From: Chrysomallon squamiferum
Lineage: Eukaryota; Animalia; Mollusca
DNA length: 64,000 nucleotides
Assembly: GCA_012295275.1 (NCBI GenBank)
Contig: CM022671.1
Location: forward strand, 23,436,001 to 23,500,000
Direction of reading: 5' to 3'
Shown: positions 1 to 12,523 of the stretch, piece after piece
Numbering within the stretch: the stretch's first letter is position 1
Layout: each line of letters starts with the position of its first letter
Position numbers and translations under genes: made by a program
Notes under the pieces: generated by a model
Told to the model about the DNA's origin: nothing
The model's input: only the letters and a program-made list of their open reading frames with translations
Databases searched by the model: none

Positions 1-1415
1 AAAATAAAATGGCGGTGTTACTTAAATGGGCGGATTTGGTGCGGATATCGACCGCTTGTGATCTCATTTCAAAACGGAAGTGTTCCCATCTAACAGGAAG
101 AGCTCTCGTTACTGCTGTTAGTGTCAGCGCCATTTTGAATTAGTCTGACAAAATGTATCGGTTGACTTTAAGTGGACGGCAAAGTCGTTTTGTAATCTTA
201 AAAGTCAGATTTTTATTTCGAGACTTGTCGTTTGTTTATTTTTACTTTATTTTTGTAATTTCTATCTGTTTATTTCTGCGAGTCTCCGTCCATGATTAAT
301 ACTGTCGCAGTGTGTATTTATAAATTGTTATTAAATAATATTAAAAAATGCACGAAAGTCCATTTGCGCATTTAAACGTTAATCAAATACTCTCCCCGTC
401 CCTTTCCCCCTCTTCTCCTCCCTCCCTCCCTCCCTCTTCTGACTCTTATATTAAAGGTTACGCATTAAACAGAACACGATAAACATATTATTATTATGTT
501 TTTTAAAAAGCACTATTCTTATCTCAAACAGTTCGGACCCAGAAAGGAATTCCGATAAGAAAGTAATTAGTAAGTTGAAAAATTGTTTAATACAAAACCA
601 GAACCAATACTGAAAGAGTAAGCACTCGTAGCATCAGTCATGTGCAAGATACTGCATGATATGAGAAATATCTTCCCAGATAAGTCAAGAGAGAATAAAT
701 TAATCAATCACAATTGCTGATTTAATGGCGACCGCTCACGTAACACACAGAAAGGCTGCGCATTCAGACTGAATGTAATTACTTTGTGGTATGTACCCAC
801 TGGCTTGTAGATGGATGAGAATATTTTTTGAAGCTGTAATTAGATATGATGTCATTAGTCGACCACACAAAATACTCAGAGGATTGATGACTTAAGGGCA
901 GAATAAAAAAATATAAAAAATTCAGTTTTTTTTTTCTTTTGATTATTATATGTGTTACTAATAGTAATTGCTTATACTGTTCAGTTCGACGATCTTATTT
1001 TATTATTCTCACTGCTGTAATCATAAAATTCAAACTGTGTTATATACTGTAAAATAAAATAAAAATCTGTATTGAATTTTTTTTTTTTTTTTCTGGAATA
1101 AACTATCTCTTTAGTTTTAAAAAAAAATCTTTTACCATTTTATTAAAGTAAAATGTTCTGTTCACGGCATTTAGTTGTTTATAATAGAAACTGTTTCGTT
1201 TCATAGTGCAAATCTAAACTGTTTGAACAGAGCACAGTTCTGTGATCCATAGACAAATGCAGCGGTTTATATAAGAGTGAAATACTGTGTGTTTGGTTGG
1301 AATGTTTAAAGAATTTAGTATGAACTTACAATGAATACATTATACCAAATGCAGAGAGAAACAAAAGAGAGAAAGAAATATAGAAAAGTAGAAAACAGGA
1401 AAAAAGATAAGAGGG

Positions 1416-1420
<5 letters not shown>

Positions 1421-1501
<81 letters not shown>
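1421..1501 (+). repeat. (AG)n microsatellite
   Basis: Directly visible, about 40 units. Confidence 0.98.
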
Positions 1502-1503
<2 letters not shown>

Positions 1504-1915
1504 TAAACAAAACACAAGGCAAAACGCTGTGTGGATTTTCTGAAGTAACTGTAAGAGACAAAATCGCGATTTGGAAATTTCATGGGAGTTTCTTTTTCTC
1601 TGAATGTAGATGGAGACAAAAATAACAAGTGTATATGTCTTCAGTGTGTGCCGTTTGGTGCCTGACTGTCAAAATATTCCGGTTGCTATGGTGATGAACC
1701 ATATGTTCCAAGCACCTGTTGTGCGCGATCCGACATTTCCAAAACTAATTTTCAAGATGTGATTTGAAAGAAAAAAAAAGAAAAAAAAAGAAAGAAAAAA
1801 AAGAGCTTTATACTATATTGGATGAAAGATGTCGCCAATCTGAAAGAAGTGTCTGGGCAGAAAACTTAATTTTGGGTGTGATTTCTTTAGTGTATTTGTT
1901 TTACAGTGTTAAAAA

Positions 1916-1954
<39 letters not shown>

Positions 1955-2285
1955 GAATTTTAAAAAGGGATATAAATAAAAAATCTATTTTAATAATCCA
2001 TGTATAAGATGCACATTATAAAGCTAACTTTAAATTTTCTCTATTGTGTGAATTTTTACCTACTTATATTGTATATGTATGGGTGACAACAGAATTACCT
2101 CATTAACTTGAATTAATATTTATATCATATATAAATTAATTATGGGGAAAACAATATTTTTGCTATTCATTATTTATTCGTTTTAGCTTTAATTTTCAAT
2201 AAATATACATTTGGAATGTTGCAAAGAGTATTTATTTAAATTTGCTTATTACATTTCATAAAGTACCAGCAATAATCAGCGTTTG

Positions 2286-2325
<40 letters not shown>

Positions 2326-5199
2326 CTACCATTAACATTGGAAAAGATACACGTAGACTAGATCTATATATTATCATCATTAATTTCAACCTCGCAGACT
2401 TTGGTAGAGTACGGAGGAGTACAGAATGGGTTTCTTTGAGATGGGTTTCAGAACTATTCCGACTTGAAGATATGACTGGTTTCAAAACCACACTGACGCG
2501 GAGATAAAACAAAGCAGACGGCACGAACAGAAGCGACGCGTCGCCTGTACAGTAATAGACTGAACACGGCGATGCCAGACGCCTCCTTCCAGTAGCGGGG
2601 AACAGATAACCCTTACACCGTGTGAAAGTTGCTCAGACGGTGACCTTAGTAAGATTACGCCGTATTGGGTTACAGTCGGCTTCTTGTTGGTGTGGCTGGC
2701 TGTCTTTTAGAATGGCAGCCGACAGAGAATAATAATAATAATAGAGTTATGTTATAAATATAAAGTTTTTAAAAAAGTTAGTTATGTTAATTAATTTAAA
2801 TAAAAAAAAATAAAAAACGGATGATATAAATTAAATATATATATATATAAAATTCAGAGCGAAAGATTAAATAAATTAAAAAAAAAAAAAAAACTACAAT
2901 GTTATTATTTTAAATATAATACAGTTATGGTGTGTGAAATAAAACATCAGATGAAACAGTTGTTTAATATATTTGAATTCTCGACAAAGGAATCGTTGGT
3001 TACAAAACGGTTTTTTTTTTTTTTTCTTTCTTTTTTTTTTTTTTTTTTGTCAGAGAAAAATTCAACGGTAAAATTAAAGTTTTAGAAAACACAAACTGGT
3101 TGGTAATCAGACGAATGTCAACGGAAACGACGTCAGAAAACTTATTATCCAGATAGATTCCGTATCCTGGTAGCTGGGATTAATCTTTTGCCGTCTTTTA
3201 TTTCTTTAAACGCGGTTATCTTTGTCACTATCAGACGCTCTACACCTGTTGCGAGACGACTCAGAAATCACGTTTGTCTTGCTGAAAAGGTCTAAATTTC
3301 AGATTACCAGATCGACGCCAGGAGCGAAATTAATAAGATTCACATTCCCAAACGGATATTACAAAAAAAAAAAATATCTAGCGGTTAACAAGAAATTAAC
3401 AAAGTAAGAATGAAACGTCCTGGGTAAGCCGAGCAGAGTTTTAGAGAGCAGACGCGAATGATAGTGTTCCCCGCCATGACGAAATTCACGCGCCTCTGTC
3501 CTCATTCATGCAGGTTGTGATGAGATTTCATACATCACAACCAAGCTGAACAAGGACACACACACGTCATTGTATAATCCTTCTTTCTTTTTTTTTTTTT
3601 TTTTTTTTTTTTTCTCTCTCAAACGTTTTCAGTTTCTTCTCGGACAGAAATTCCCGAAACGTATATCATGGCTTCAACAAAGGAAAGCACTGTGATGGTG
3701 TGTATATATATATGTATATATATCGCAGCAATGTGGGCTGGCTTGTGTTGTGTGTCCGCTGCTTTTCCCAGCCGCTCGGAGTCCCAAGTCGTCATCTCCA
3801 CGAAGCAAACTGTTTGTAATCTTAGATGGAAATTTGACAATTAATATGCCCCATCTGGAGGAACACAAGAAAGAGGAAACGCTCTCCGATTGGTCGTTTA
3901 AAAGTCGCTTTCAAAGTTCTCACCATAAACTCAGTGGTTTAACACTGATGACTAATCCATCCCCACGAAGAGTCTCTTTCCTGAACACTCCGCGCGGTGT
4001 TCGTTATCACCCCCTCCCCCTTCTCGCAGGCATCCGCCCGTAGTGGCGGTGCAATTAGGACAAGTCGCAAAAACAGGAAAGCGAGATTAAAAATATGTAC
4101 AACGTTTGTGCATAAATTATGTTGATTACACTTTTAAAGTGCAATTCGAAACGCGACCTCTTCAACAACAAAAAAAAAAAAAAAAAAAAAAAAAAAACCG
4201 CTTATTTCAGCTTTGACAAAATTTAGTTTGAATATTAACGGAAAATTTCAAAAAATTTTCCCCCCATTATTTGACTTTTGGTTCTGTTATAGTATTTACA
4301 AAATATAATATATAATGAAATTATTTAAAAATACATATTTAAAACCGATATTGTTATTTTTAATGTTTTATAATGATAATAAAAATAATAATAATAATAA
4401 TAAGTAGAGAAAGTAGAAGAAAAAATAAACGTAATTATTTTAATCTATGAAAAGTTTTGATAATCTTTTTCTCTTCATAACTGTTTATATATTTATATAT
4501 GTATGTGTCTGCATGCGTGTGTGTGTGTGCGTGTGTGTTTCTTTAACACTTTTATATTCACGATCTCTACTACATTCAGTTTTACGGTTTGGTTGGAAGA
4601 CACCTCGAAATCTTTATTTTTTATTTTTTGTTTTTGTTTTTCCTGAAGATAAACACAGAGAGATAACAGATACGAGACATAATACTGCAGTGTCTTCGGA
4701 ATCTCTTCCTAAATAAATAACATCTGGATACGCGGAGGGAATAAACGGCTGACTTAACACTGCGTTGCGTAAGTTCTTCAGCCTCGCACAAATTACCCTG
4801 AAGGTGTACGGGTTTCGTTTGAAGAAGATCTCCAGTTTAACTCTCTTTGAAATAATAACGTCTCTGAACTGTTTTAAGACATCTCTTGTTACTTGGACAG
4901 ATAACAGTGAAGAAGAATTGATTAACTTATCGGAATCTATTAACGTCTTGTTCGAAAATACCTAAGATGTATGACACCTGCGATGAAGATTTTGTTAAAT
5001 CATCCCTCTTCTGTTTTAGATTCCTTATTCATTTCTGTTTTATTTATTTTCATTCTCGTCATAATACAGAATGTTCTATATGACTGACCAATATTCAATG
5101 CAATACATTGTTTCCAAAAAAAAAAAAAATATATATAATAATAATAAATTAAAAAGTGCTATCGCTTTATATGTCCTCCAACTATTGATAATAGCCATT

Positions 5200-5272
5200 C
5201 GTAATAGCCATAATCGGGATTCGAACCCGCACACTCCTGATCATAAACACAATATCTTAATATCTGCGCCGT
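5200..5272 (-). mobile_element. Degenerate tRNA-like sequence (tRNA-derived SINE head or tRNA pseudogene)
   Basis: The minus strand reads GGCGCAG...(A-box-like)...CGGGTTCGAATCCCG, an intact B-box/T-arm with a 4-bp stem at 5215-5229. The D, anticodon and acceptor arms do not pair. Confidence 0.55.
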
Positions 5273-5586
5273 TGAAACATATATAACCTACTGGCTTCTG
5301 TGAAATGGTAGATTATGATGCTATTAAAATATGGTGGTTTACGTAAATTATTTAATGAATGCTTTAATTAATAGTTTTTTAATAACAATTTTTTAGAGAA
5401 AAATAGTGTTCTTTTGTATTTATGGATCGTATGCTAATGTACACTGTATGGGTACGTATATAAATATATATATATGTTTTGTGTGTACGTGCCTTCTTTT
5501 TTTTTCTTCTTCTTTTTTAATATAACAGTCGTATCTCGATTTCTAATTATTTATTACTTGATACAATTCATTAGCATCCAGCTTAC

Positions 5587-5864
5587 CTGAACGTGAGATT
5601 GTGGTTGTCCCATTTCGACGGCGCTACGGTGTATCGCTTTTTCCTGCGTCCCCTTCTCGTCTTCTTAAGAATATCAGGCGAGTCCTGGTTTCCACACCGA
5701 GGTAGATGCATGAGCTGTATGGTTCTCCAGTCCACCACCCCAGTCTCTGGGATACCGCCCATCTTCTGGAGAGCTTTGATTGCGTCTGAGAGATCAGTTT
5801 GAGACATGAGATTCCCCGTCTCCCGGGACGGGCCTTCGAGATACCCGAACTTGGAAAGATATTC
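5587..5864 (-). CDS. Matrix metalloproteinase exon 2: propeptide, cysteine switch, furin site, start of catalytic domain
   Basis: Translation EYLSKFGYL...AIKALQKMGGIPETGVVD..T..LM..PRCGNQD...RRGRRKKR|YTVAPSKWDNHNLTFR is the classic M10A propeptide. Acceptor is TTTTTTCAG (AG at 5866-5865) and donor is GTAAGC (GT at 5586-5585). Length 278 bp, phase 0 to 2. The RETGNL segment recalls the ETGAL segment of Drosophila Mmp2 (from memory). Confidence 0.95.
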
Positions 5865-5974
5865 CTGAAAAAATAAAACAGACATTTCGTTTTTATTATT
5901 TGTAAGAATTATTGACATCATATCAAGCAAACTGTCTTTTTATAAATGAGAATTTCAGTGAGTGTTTGGTTATA

Positions 5975-6053
5975 CTATGCTATGCTATGCTATGCTATGC
6001 TATGCTATGCTATGCTATGCTATGCTATGCTATGCTATGCTATGCTATGCTAT
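5975..6053 (+). repeat. (CTATG)n pentanucleotide microsatellite
   Basis: About 15 perfect units, ~110 bp from the exon-2 acceptor. Confidence 0.97.
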
Positions 6054-6094
6054 ATATGTTATCTTATGATATTACATTACATTACAACATAAAT

Positions 6095-6295
6095 CAGGCA
6101 TGGGCAACCTTTTTCGGGCCGCAGGTACTAATTTAGGCGATTTTGTGTTTTTACGTACACTTTATTTTAAGAAATTTTTCATTTTCATTTACTTCAGGAA
6201 CTGTGATAATAAAAAAAAATTACGATTCAGTATATTTGTAGATACAAAATAGACTCATTTTATAAAACTTGAATTAACGTTATTCCCCATGACTG
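6095..6295. mobile_element. Non-autonomous hAT (Charlie/Buster-like) MITE, 201 bp
   Basis: Left TIR is CAGGCATGGGCAA (6095-6107). Right TIR is TTCCCCATGACTG (6283-6295; reverse complement CAGTCATGGGGAA, 11/13 match). The 8-bp flanks are ACATAAAT (6087-6094) and ATATAAAT (6296-6303), 7/8 identical. An 8-bp TSD and CAG termini are hAT hallmarks. Confidence 0.7.
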
Positions 6296-6377
6296 ATATA
6301 AATATTACATTGCAGTATTATTTGCTCTGTTGGATCTGCGGTGTAGAAGAAAATATAGAACAATAATTCTTCAGTGT

Positions 6378-6421
<44 letters not shown>

Positions 6422-7496
6422 AGTTTTATAATGATTATAATCACTGTTAAGAAAAAGTGGGGCACGTCAATTTCATATAAAACATAAAATTCTATTTAGT
6501 ATCTTGAAGAATGTTATTTATTTATTTATTTATTTTTTATTAAATTATTTTGTTTACTATTTCACAGAAATCTATTTATTTTTAACTTTATTTATTTATT
6601 TTGTTTGCGTCATGGCAGAATTTGGTTTGTTATTAAAAACAGGTGCTTGAAAAGCTTCTAACTTCAAGCACATTTAATTGTTAACACAATAGTTAGTGAC
6701 CTATGTATTATGTTTGTATGACGGGAAATTAATGTTTAGTATCATGTTAAGTACAAAACTGTGACTATATATAATTAATGTACGTGTGTATTAAAAATAG
6801 GGGCGTTTATCATTTTTAATAATAATAATATATGTATGTATGTATGTATGTATGTATACAGAAAATAATAATGTTGTTAATTAATATTTTTTTGTAATCC
6901 TATTGTTACTATGGTTGTCATCGTCGTTGTTGATACTACTACGATAACTAATAACATAACTGTTGCTGCTGAAGTTGCTGCTGCAACTACTACTACTAAA
7001 AGTAATACTTGTTCTACTATTACTACTGCTGTAGTAGTAGTAGTAGAAGTAGCAGCATTATTGTTGTATTATTATTATTATAATTAGTATTATTATCATC
7101 ATCATCAATCATCAGATTGGTACTATTACAGTAGTAGCAATAGTTATTATTATTACTATTATTATTATCACCAACATCATGACTGTTACTACTATAGTAA
7201 CTATCATCATCATCAAAGTATTATTGTTTATGAAACTGGTACAATATTAAATATCATTTACCCTCCCCCAGTGAATACAGCTCGAACTGTCCTTGTATGT
7301 TAAAACTTCTACTTTCCTTTACGGAAATACCAGTAACTGTCATGTTTACTTGTTTTATTAATAAAATTCCCTCTGGTAGAACATTTTAGAATTTACTACT
7401 TAACTGTCAACAAGCTTGAAGAAATCGTAATTAACTATCTTAGTAATTGTAAAGAACCCGAATCTTTATATTGTTTGTTTGTTTGTTGTTTTTTTG

Positions 7497-7562
<66 letters not shown>

Positions 7563-8251
7563 TGTTGTTGGTTTTTTTGTTTAGTAGTTTGTTAATAATT
7601 ATTCTGTACATTTTCTGAAAGTTTAAAAACCATTAAACTTATTTTAATGAATTTCACGAATAATTTGTTTCCTTTACGACAAGAACACATAAGAACAGCT
7701 ATTCAGTAACAAACAAAAAAAAAATCCTCAAAAACGAAAAAGAAGGAGAGGAAGAAGATAAAACAAGCATAAAATTACTTTCTAAAACTCTTTCTTAGTT
7801 AATCTTCTTTCAGAGCTAATTAGGAATAAAAATGTCATCGTGATCTAGCTGTTCTTGCATCCTTGTTACGTTTGTCTTACATCAAACAAAATAAGCACTT
7901 CATAATAAAGGATTATCAGCAAGTGATAAACAGAATCAAAAATGGTTAGATCTTGTCGCCAATAATTAAAACGAAGTCATAAATGAAATAATATTCTGTC
8001 CAGTAAGATGTGTTTACGTGCATCAAATGTAATTAATAACTACACTTCTTGAACAAATCTTTGTTTTATTATGCAACAGAAATCTGCAACATTCTGTTCC
8101 CAAAATCTATTAAACAATGGTAACTGTGATGCAAGAGAAGAAAGACATCATAAGTCATAAAGAAGATTATTTTTGATATGTTTTAGCAGGAGTTGTTATT
8201 GTTATTATTGTTATCGTTATCGTTGTCATAATTATTATTATTATTATTAAT

Positions 8252-8282
<31 letters not shown>

Positions 8283-8872
8283 TTATTATTCATTTTCATA
8301 TCATTAAGTCCCTTTTATCTGTAGAAGAATATCGATTCGATTATCTTATTAACACAAGCTAATCTGAGCAAACGTTGCTTGAGAAACAATTAATCATCCC
8401 CAGCCCCTTCACATCAGAACGTAATTACTACAGTTTGACTCGAAACTTTGTCGAGGACGACCGGAAATTTAACGATTCGCTAATCAAGCCATCCTTCCGC
8501 CACATCTCGCACATCAAACGAGACTTCGACAACCGGAAGAGTGCACGTGCTATCAGTGGTGAAAATCTTACGGCACGGAATGTCACTTCGCGTCCTGCGT
8601 CTGCTTCAAACGTTTTTGTAATTTCAACGCAACAATGGTGTTAACATTGGTGAGCGGTATTTGTAAAAATGTTCTAATTATTTTTGAAAATTGTATATAA
8701 AACAACCAAAAGTATGGTTGAACTACGCTGTGTTTAGGGATTAAATTATTTTTTATATTAACGGATTTGTTATAGTTTTGTGCAATGGGCTAGATGTAAA
8801 CAATTGCCTTTGTTTGAATATTAGTAAACATTTATCGAGATCCCTTAAGTTAAAACGGAACAAAAATATATC

Positions 8873-9060
8873 CATACATACAAACACAGACATATATATA
8901 CATACATAAAATACATTCATGCATATATATAACATAAATACATATATTCACACGTATACATACATAAATACATACAAACACAGACATACATACATACATA
9001 CATACATAAAATACATTCATGCATATATATAACACGTATACAGACATACATGCATACATA
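8873..9060 (+). repeat. Tandem duplication (~94-100 bp period) in an ATAC-rich tract
   Basis: CATACAAACACAGACATA...CATACATAAAATACATTCATGCATATATATAACA occurs at 8877 and 8971. Confidence 0.85.
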
Positions 9061-9656
9061 TTTATAGATATTCATACAAGTAGCATATAATTTTAAAAAT
9101 AAAAACATGCAGAATTTAAAAATAAAAAAACAGTCAACCAAAACAGAACAAAAACAAATGCGTTTATGGATAAAACGTATTCTGGATTTATGTCTTTGGT
9201 GCGCATGCCCCGTTAATAAAAGGAAAAAAATATGAAAAATGGAAAAAGACGCTAATGTTTCTAGATTGTTTCAAGATAACATGGAGTGCATGCGCCGCAC
9301 ATGCTCTCTGGTATGAAAACGCGTTTTTTAAATTATCGGCTTCGTTAAACAAACAACGTGACACAATACAATGTAACTGACAAATGGACTTAGTTCATTC
9401 TGTCCCTCTAGGCACTTGTAACTGTCTGAGTGGGAAATAAAATAATACACAAACAACATGTATATATTCATATATATAGTTGTAAAATAAAATTCTAGGC
9501 TTTTGTTATTTATTTATTTATTTATTTATTTTATGGTTGTGTTTCTAATAACAAAAATGAAATCTTATTTTGATAAAACAGCTATATTAATGTTGCATTT
9601 AATCTTCTAGACTGTTGAATCATGAATCGGGTTTTATTTTTAAAAAAATTATTATG

Positions 9657-9687
<31 letters not shown>

Positions 9688-9862
9688 TTAATTTTTTTTT
9701 TTTTTTTCAAGTGTTGTTTTGTTATTGTTACGTTTTATATAATTTTTATGTTGATATTTTCATTTCATTTAAAAAGTACAAGTTGTTCGATGTTTCAGTA
9801 TATTCCTTTTACAATCGTGTTATAAGAAATATAAAACATTTTTAACACACACACACACATAC

Positions 9863-9924
<62 letters not shown>

Positions 9925-9929
<5 letters not shown>

Positions 9930-10598
9930 GAATCACACATATACAGAAAAATAAATACAGAAAAATAAAAACATAAAATACATAACACACAAACATTTAT
10001 GAACCATAAAACATCCATGTGTGACACATTAAATAGTCGGACAGCGTGAGATGGGACAAGTTGACAGCAGTCCTGCAAGAGTTATCTCCCCATTTTTAAT
10101 TCGATGACAACGTGACTTAATATAGCCAGCCTTTTGTAACGTAAACTCTCACAAGCATAAACACACACAGCCCTGCACAAAACATAAACACTCTCCGTTT
10201 AAAAATATCGTCGACCCAGTTTTCAAAATTCAGTTTTAAACAATTTTTGATGTAGTTTATTTGATTAAAGCATTCAAAATAATATAAACCAAGACTGTTG
10301 GCACAATACAAAAAGGCAAATTATTGAGAGGAAAAAATATGAAACGCCGATTACTGTTTTGTTCTTGTTGTTCTGTTTTTAATCACTGGTCATTTAAATG
10401 AAAATACCTGATGTTATGGAGAAAAGACGGAATAATGGAGCAGTGTGCTGGAATGTTTGTGTCTTTTATTTGTTTATCAGTGTCAATGTACGTTGGTATT
10501 AATGAATGGACAGATGGACTGAAGTTTATATGCATGCGGATGTGTTTATTCCTGTGCATTCACAGAGAATCACACATATACTAAAAAATAAAAACATA

Positions 10599-10650
<52 letters not shown>

Positions 10651-10706
10651 TCTATGAACTATAAAACATCTATGTACTTTAAGTTGTGACCCATTAAATA
10701 GTCGGA
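9925..10706 (+). repeat. Dispersed direct duplication (9925-10041 and 10562-10706)
   Basis: Both copies read ACAGAGAATCACACATATAC...AAAAATAAAAACATAAAA...TATGAAC.ATAAAACATC.ATGT...GTGAC.CATTAAATAGTCGGA. Confidence 0.9.
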
Positions 10707-12486
10707 TATTTATGGATTTGTCTATATAACCTACATATATCTATGTATGTATGTATGTATGTATGTATGTTTGTATACATGTATATTCATATACGTATGT
10801 TATATATATGTATTTATGTATGTATAATGTACGTATAATGCATCACGTACGCTGTTCCCGCTAAACGTCACAAGACGCTCTTACAAAGCGTATGTTTACA
10901 CGAGTGACCTAATTACGGAGTTCGCCATTTCCGCTGCCGCTAAGTTAACGTTATGAAGTGGTTCTTTGAGAACCTTCTTCTGAGACTCGAGTGCATTTCA
11001 TTAGCACATGACACGATCAGAAGAAAAACGATTTTTACGGTCGGGCGTAATCTATGTGTGTCAAACGACAAATTCAAAACAGTTGAACAACTTGAAATGA
11101 CATTAAAGAGACACCGTTGTTAGTCGTTGAGCATTGATCCAGATTTTAAAATCGCTTTAATCATACAGAGGCGCGGACTGGATCAAGAATTAGAGAGACA
11201 ACATCGATAATTCGTAATTGTGGAAAATAATACTTGGAATGAGTTATGTGATAAAAGAAAAATAAACTGAGAAGATGTGCTCCGGGTACAATGTACTGAT
11301 GTTAGTTTATGATACCAAAATATGTATTTGTGCATTAATTATGAAAGTACGATATTACTAGTAATACTACATATTTTATATTTTACTGCACACTTTTTTA
11401 TTTATCCTTTTAAAAAGGATCAGTAATAATAAAGTGTATTATTTTTTTGGTTCCTAAGGAGAAGAGCACTCACTACGTCAGAGAAACTGGTTTAAAAAGT
11501 CATTAAATGCTGCTATCTTCGTGTTACGAGCTTCAAAACGCGGCTAGAGAAAACAGAAAGAACGTTTATGAGAAGCCTAACAAAAACAAAAGCTCGGGAA
11601 TTCTTGCCAAAATCTGCAGATGTGTTTTGCCGACAAAACGACAAGTTCTTTTTACGCGTGTGCTGGAAACCCATCTCTCTGCAGGAGATGTATTATCTAA
11701 CTGGCTTTTCAACAGAATAGATGGGAATTCCGAGGCCTGTCAGACGAATCAGAGAAGAAAAAGAAGTCAGTTAAGGGATTTAGTGCTTTGCCACATGAAT
11801 CTGTGGGATTCTAGACAGTGGTGTGTATTGCAGAAATGCTAAGCAGTTCAGATGCTACCTGGAGCGTTTGTAAAAAAATAATAAAAATATTTTTTTTTTT
11901 TTTTTTTTTAAATCTCGATAAAGAATGCTAACTATGACGAAAATAGTTTGAAAGGTTAACAAATCTTCAGAAATACCTTTATACATTTACTCTCTCTCTC
12001 TCTCTCTCTCTCTCTATACATATATGTATTAGAAATCTATTAAGCATTTCTACAGGACCTAATAGTGATTAATTTATTAAAAAAACAACAAAAAAAACAA
12101 CAACATGTATCCCAATAATGTAAAAGGTTATGTGGTATTTCTAACGCACATTATCATTATTTTCTGTTATTAACGTAACTGCTATAGATTAAGAAGGGCA
12201 GCGTCTGCTGATATCTAAAATATCGAATATCCAGTAGAGAGACACATAGAGAAAATGATTGAAATAGGCAGTATTAGTCAAATAAATATGAAAGACGCAG
12301 TGTTGAACACGCCGGGCTTATTACATTTGAGTAGAAGCAACAATGATAAAAATAATAAGAAGAAAAAAACGAGGATTTTCAAGGAATATGTACTGTTAAA
12401 GATAGTTTATTTTATTTACATTATAAGTGTGTATAAAAATCACCTTTAAACAGCGTTTCAAACAAAGGTGGAACATATTATTATTG

Positions 12487-12523
<37 letters not shown>

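Larger units (their letters stand above)
1..5586 (-). other. MMP intron 2 (continues past the window edge)
   Basis: GTAAGC donor at 5586. No catalytic-domain sequence (HExxHxxGxxH or preceding motifs) was recognised in 1-5586. Confidence 0.65.

Noticed and set aside
1315-1628. SLSLSL / ERERER ORFs here and at ~26.5k, 28k, 29.8k, 33k and 47.3k; poly-I/N/Y/F ORFs at ~37k, 38.4k, 48.5k, 59.1k and 60.7k
   Set aside because: They are translations of (AG)n, (ATT)n and poly-T microsatellites that simply lack stop codons.
3619-4043. Overlapping ORFs as MMP exon 3 or a nested gene
   Set aside because: No MMP catalytic-domain motifs and no recognisable family in the translated frames.
5200-5272. Functional tRNA gene
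   Set aside because: Only the T-arm folds; the acceptor, D and anticodon stems are not formed.
5865-5930. N-terminal part of ORF 5583..5930 (MLDMMSIILTNNKNEMSVLFFQ) as the MMP start
   Set aside because: It is intronic read-through of the polypyrimidine tract/acceptor (TTTTTTCAG) and is not a signal peptide.
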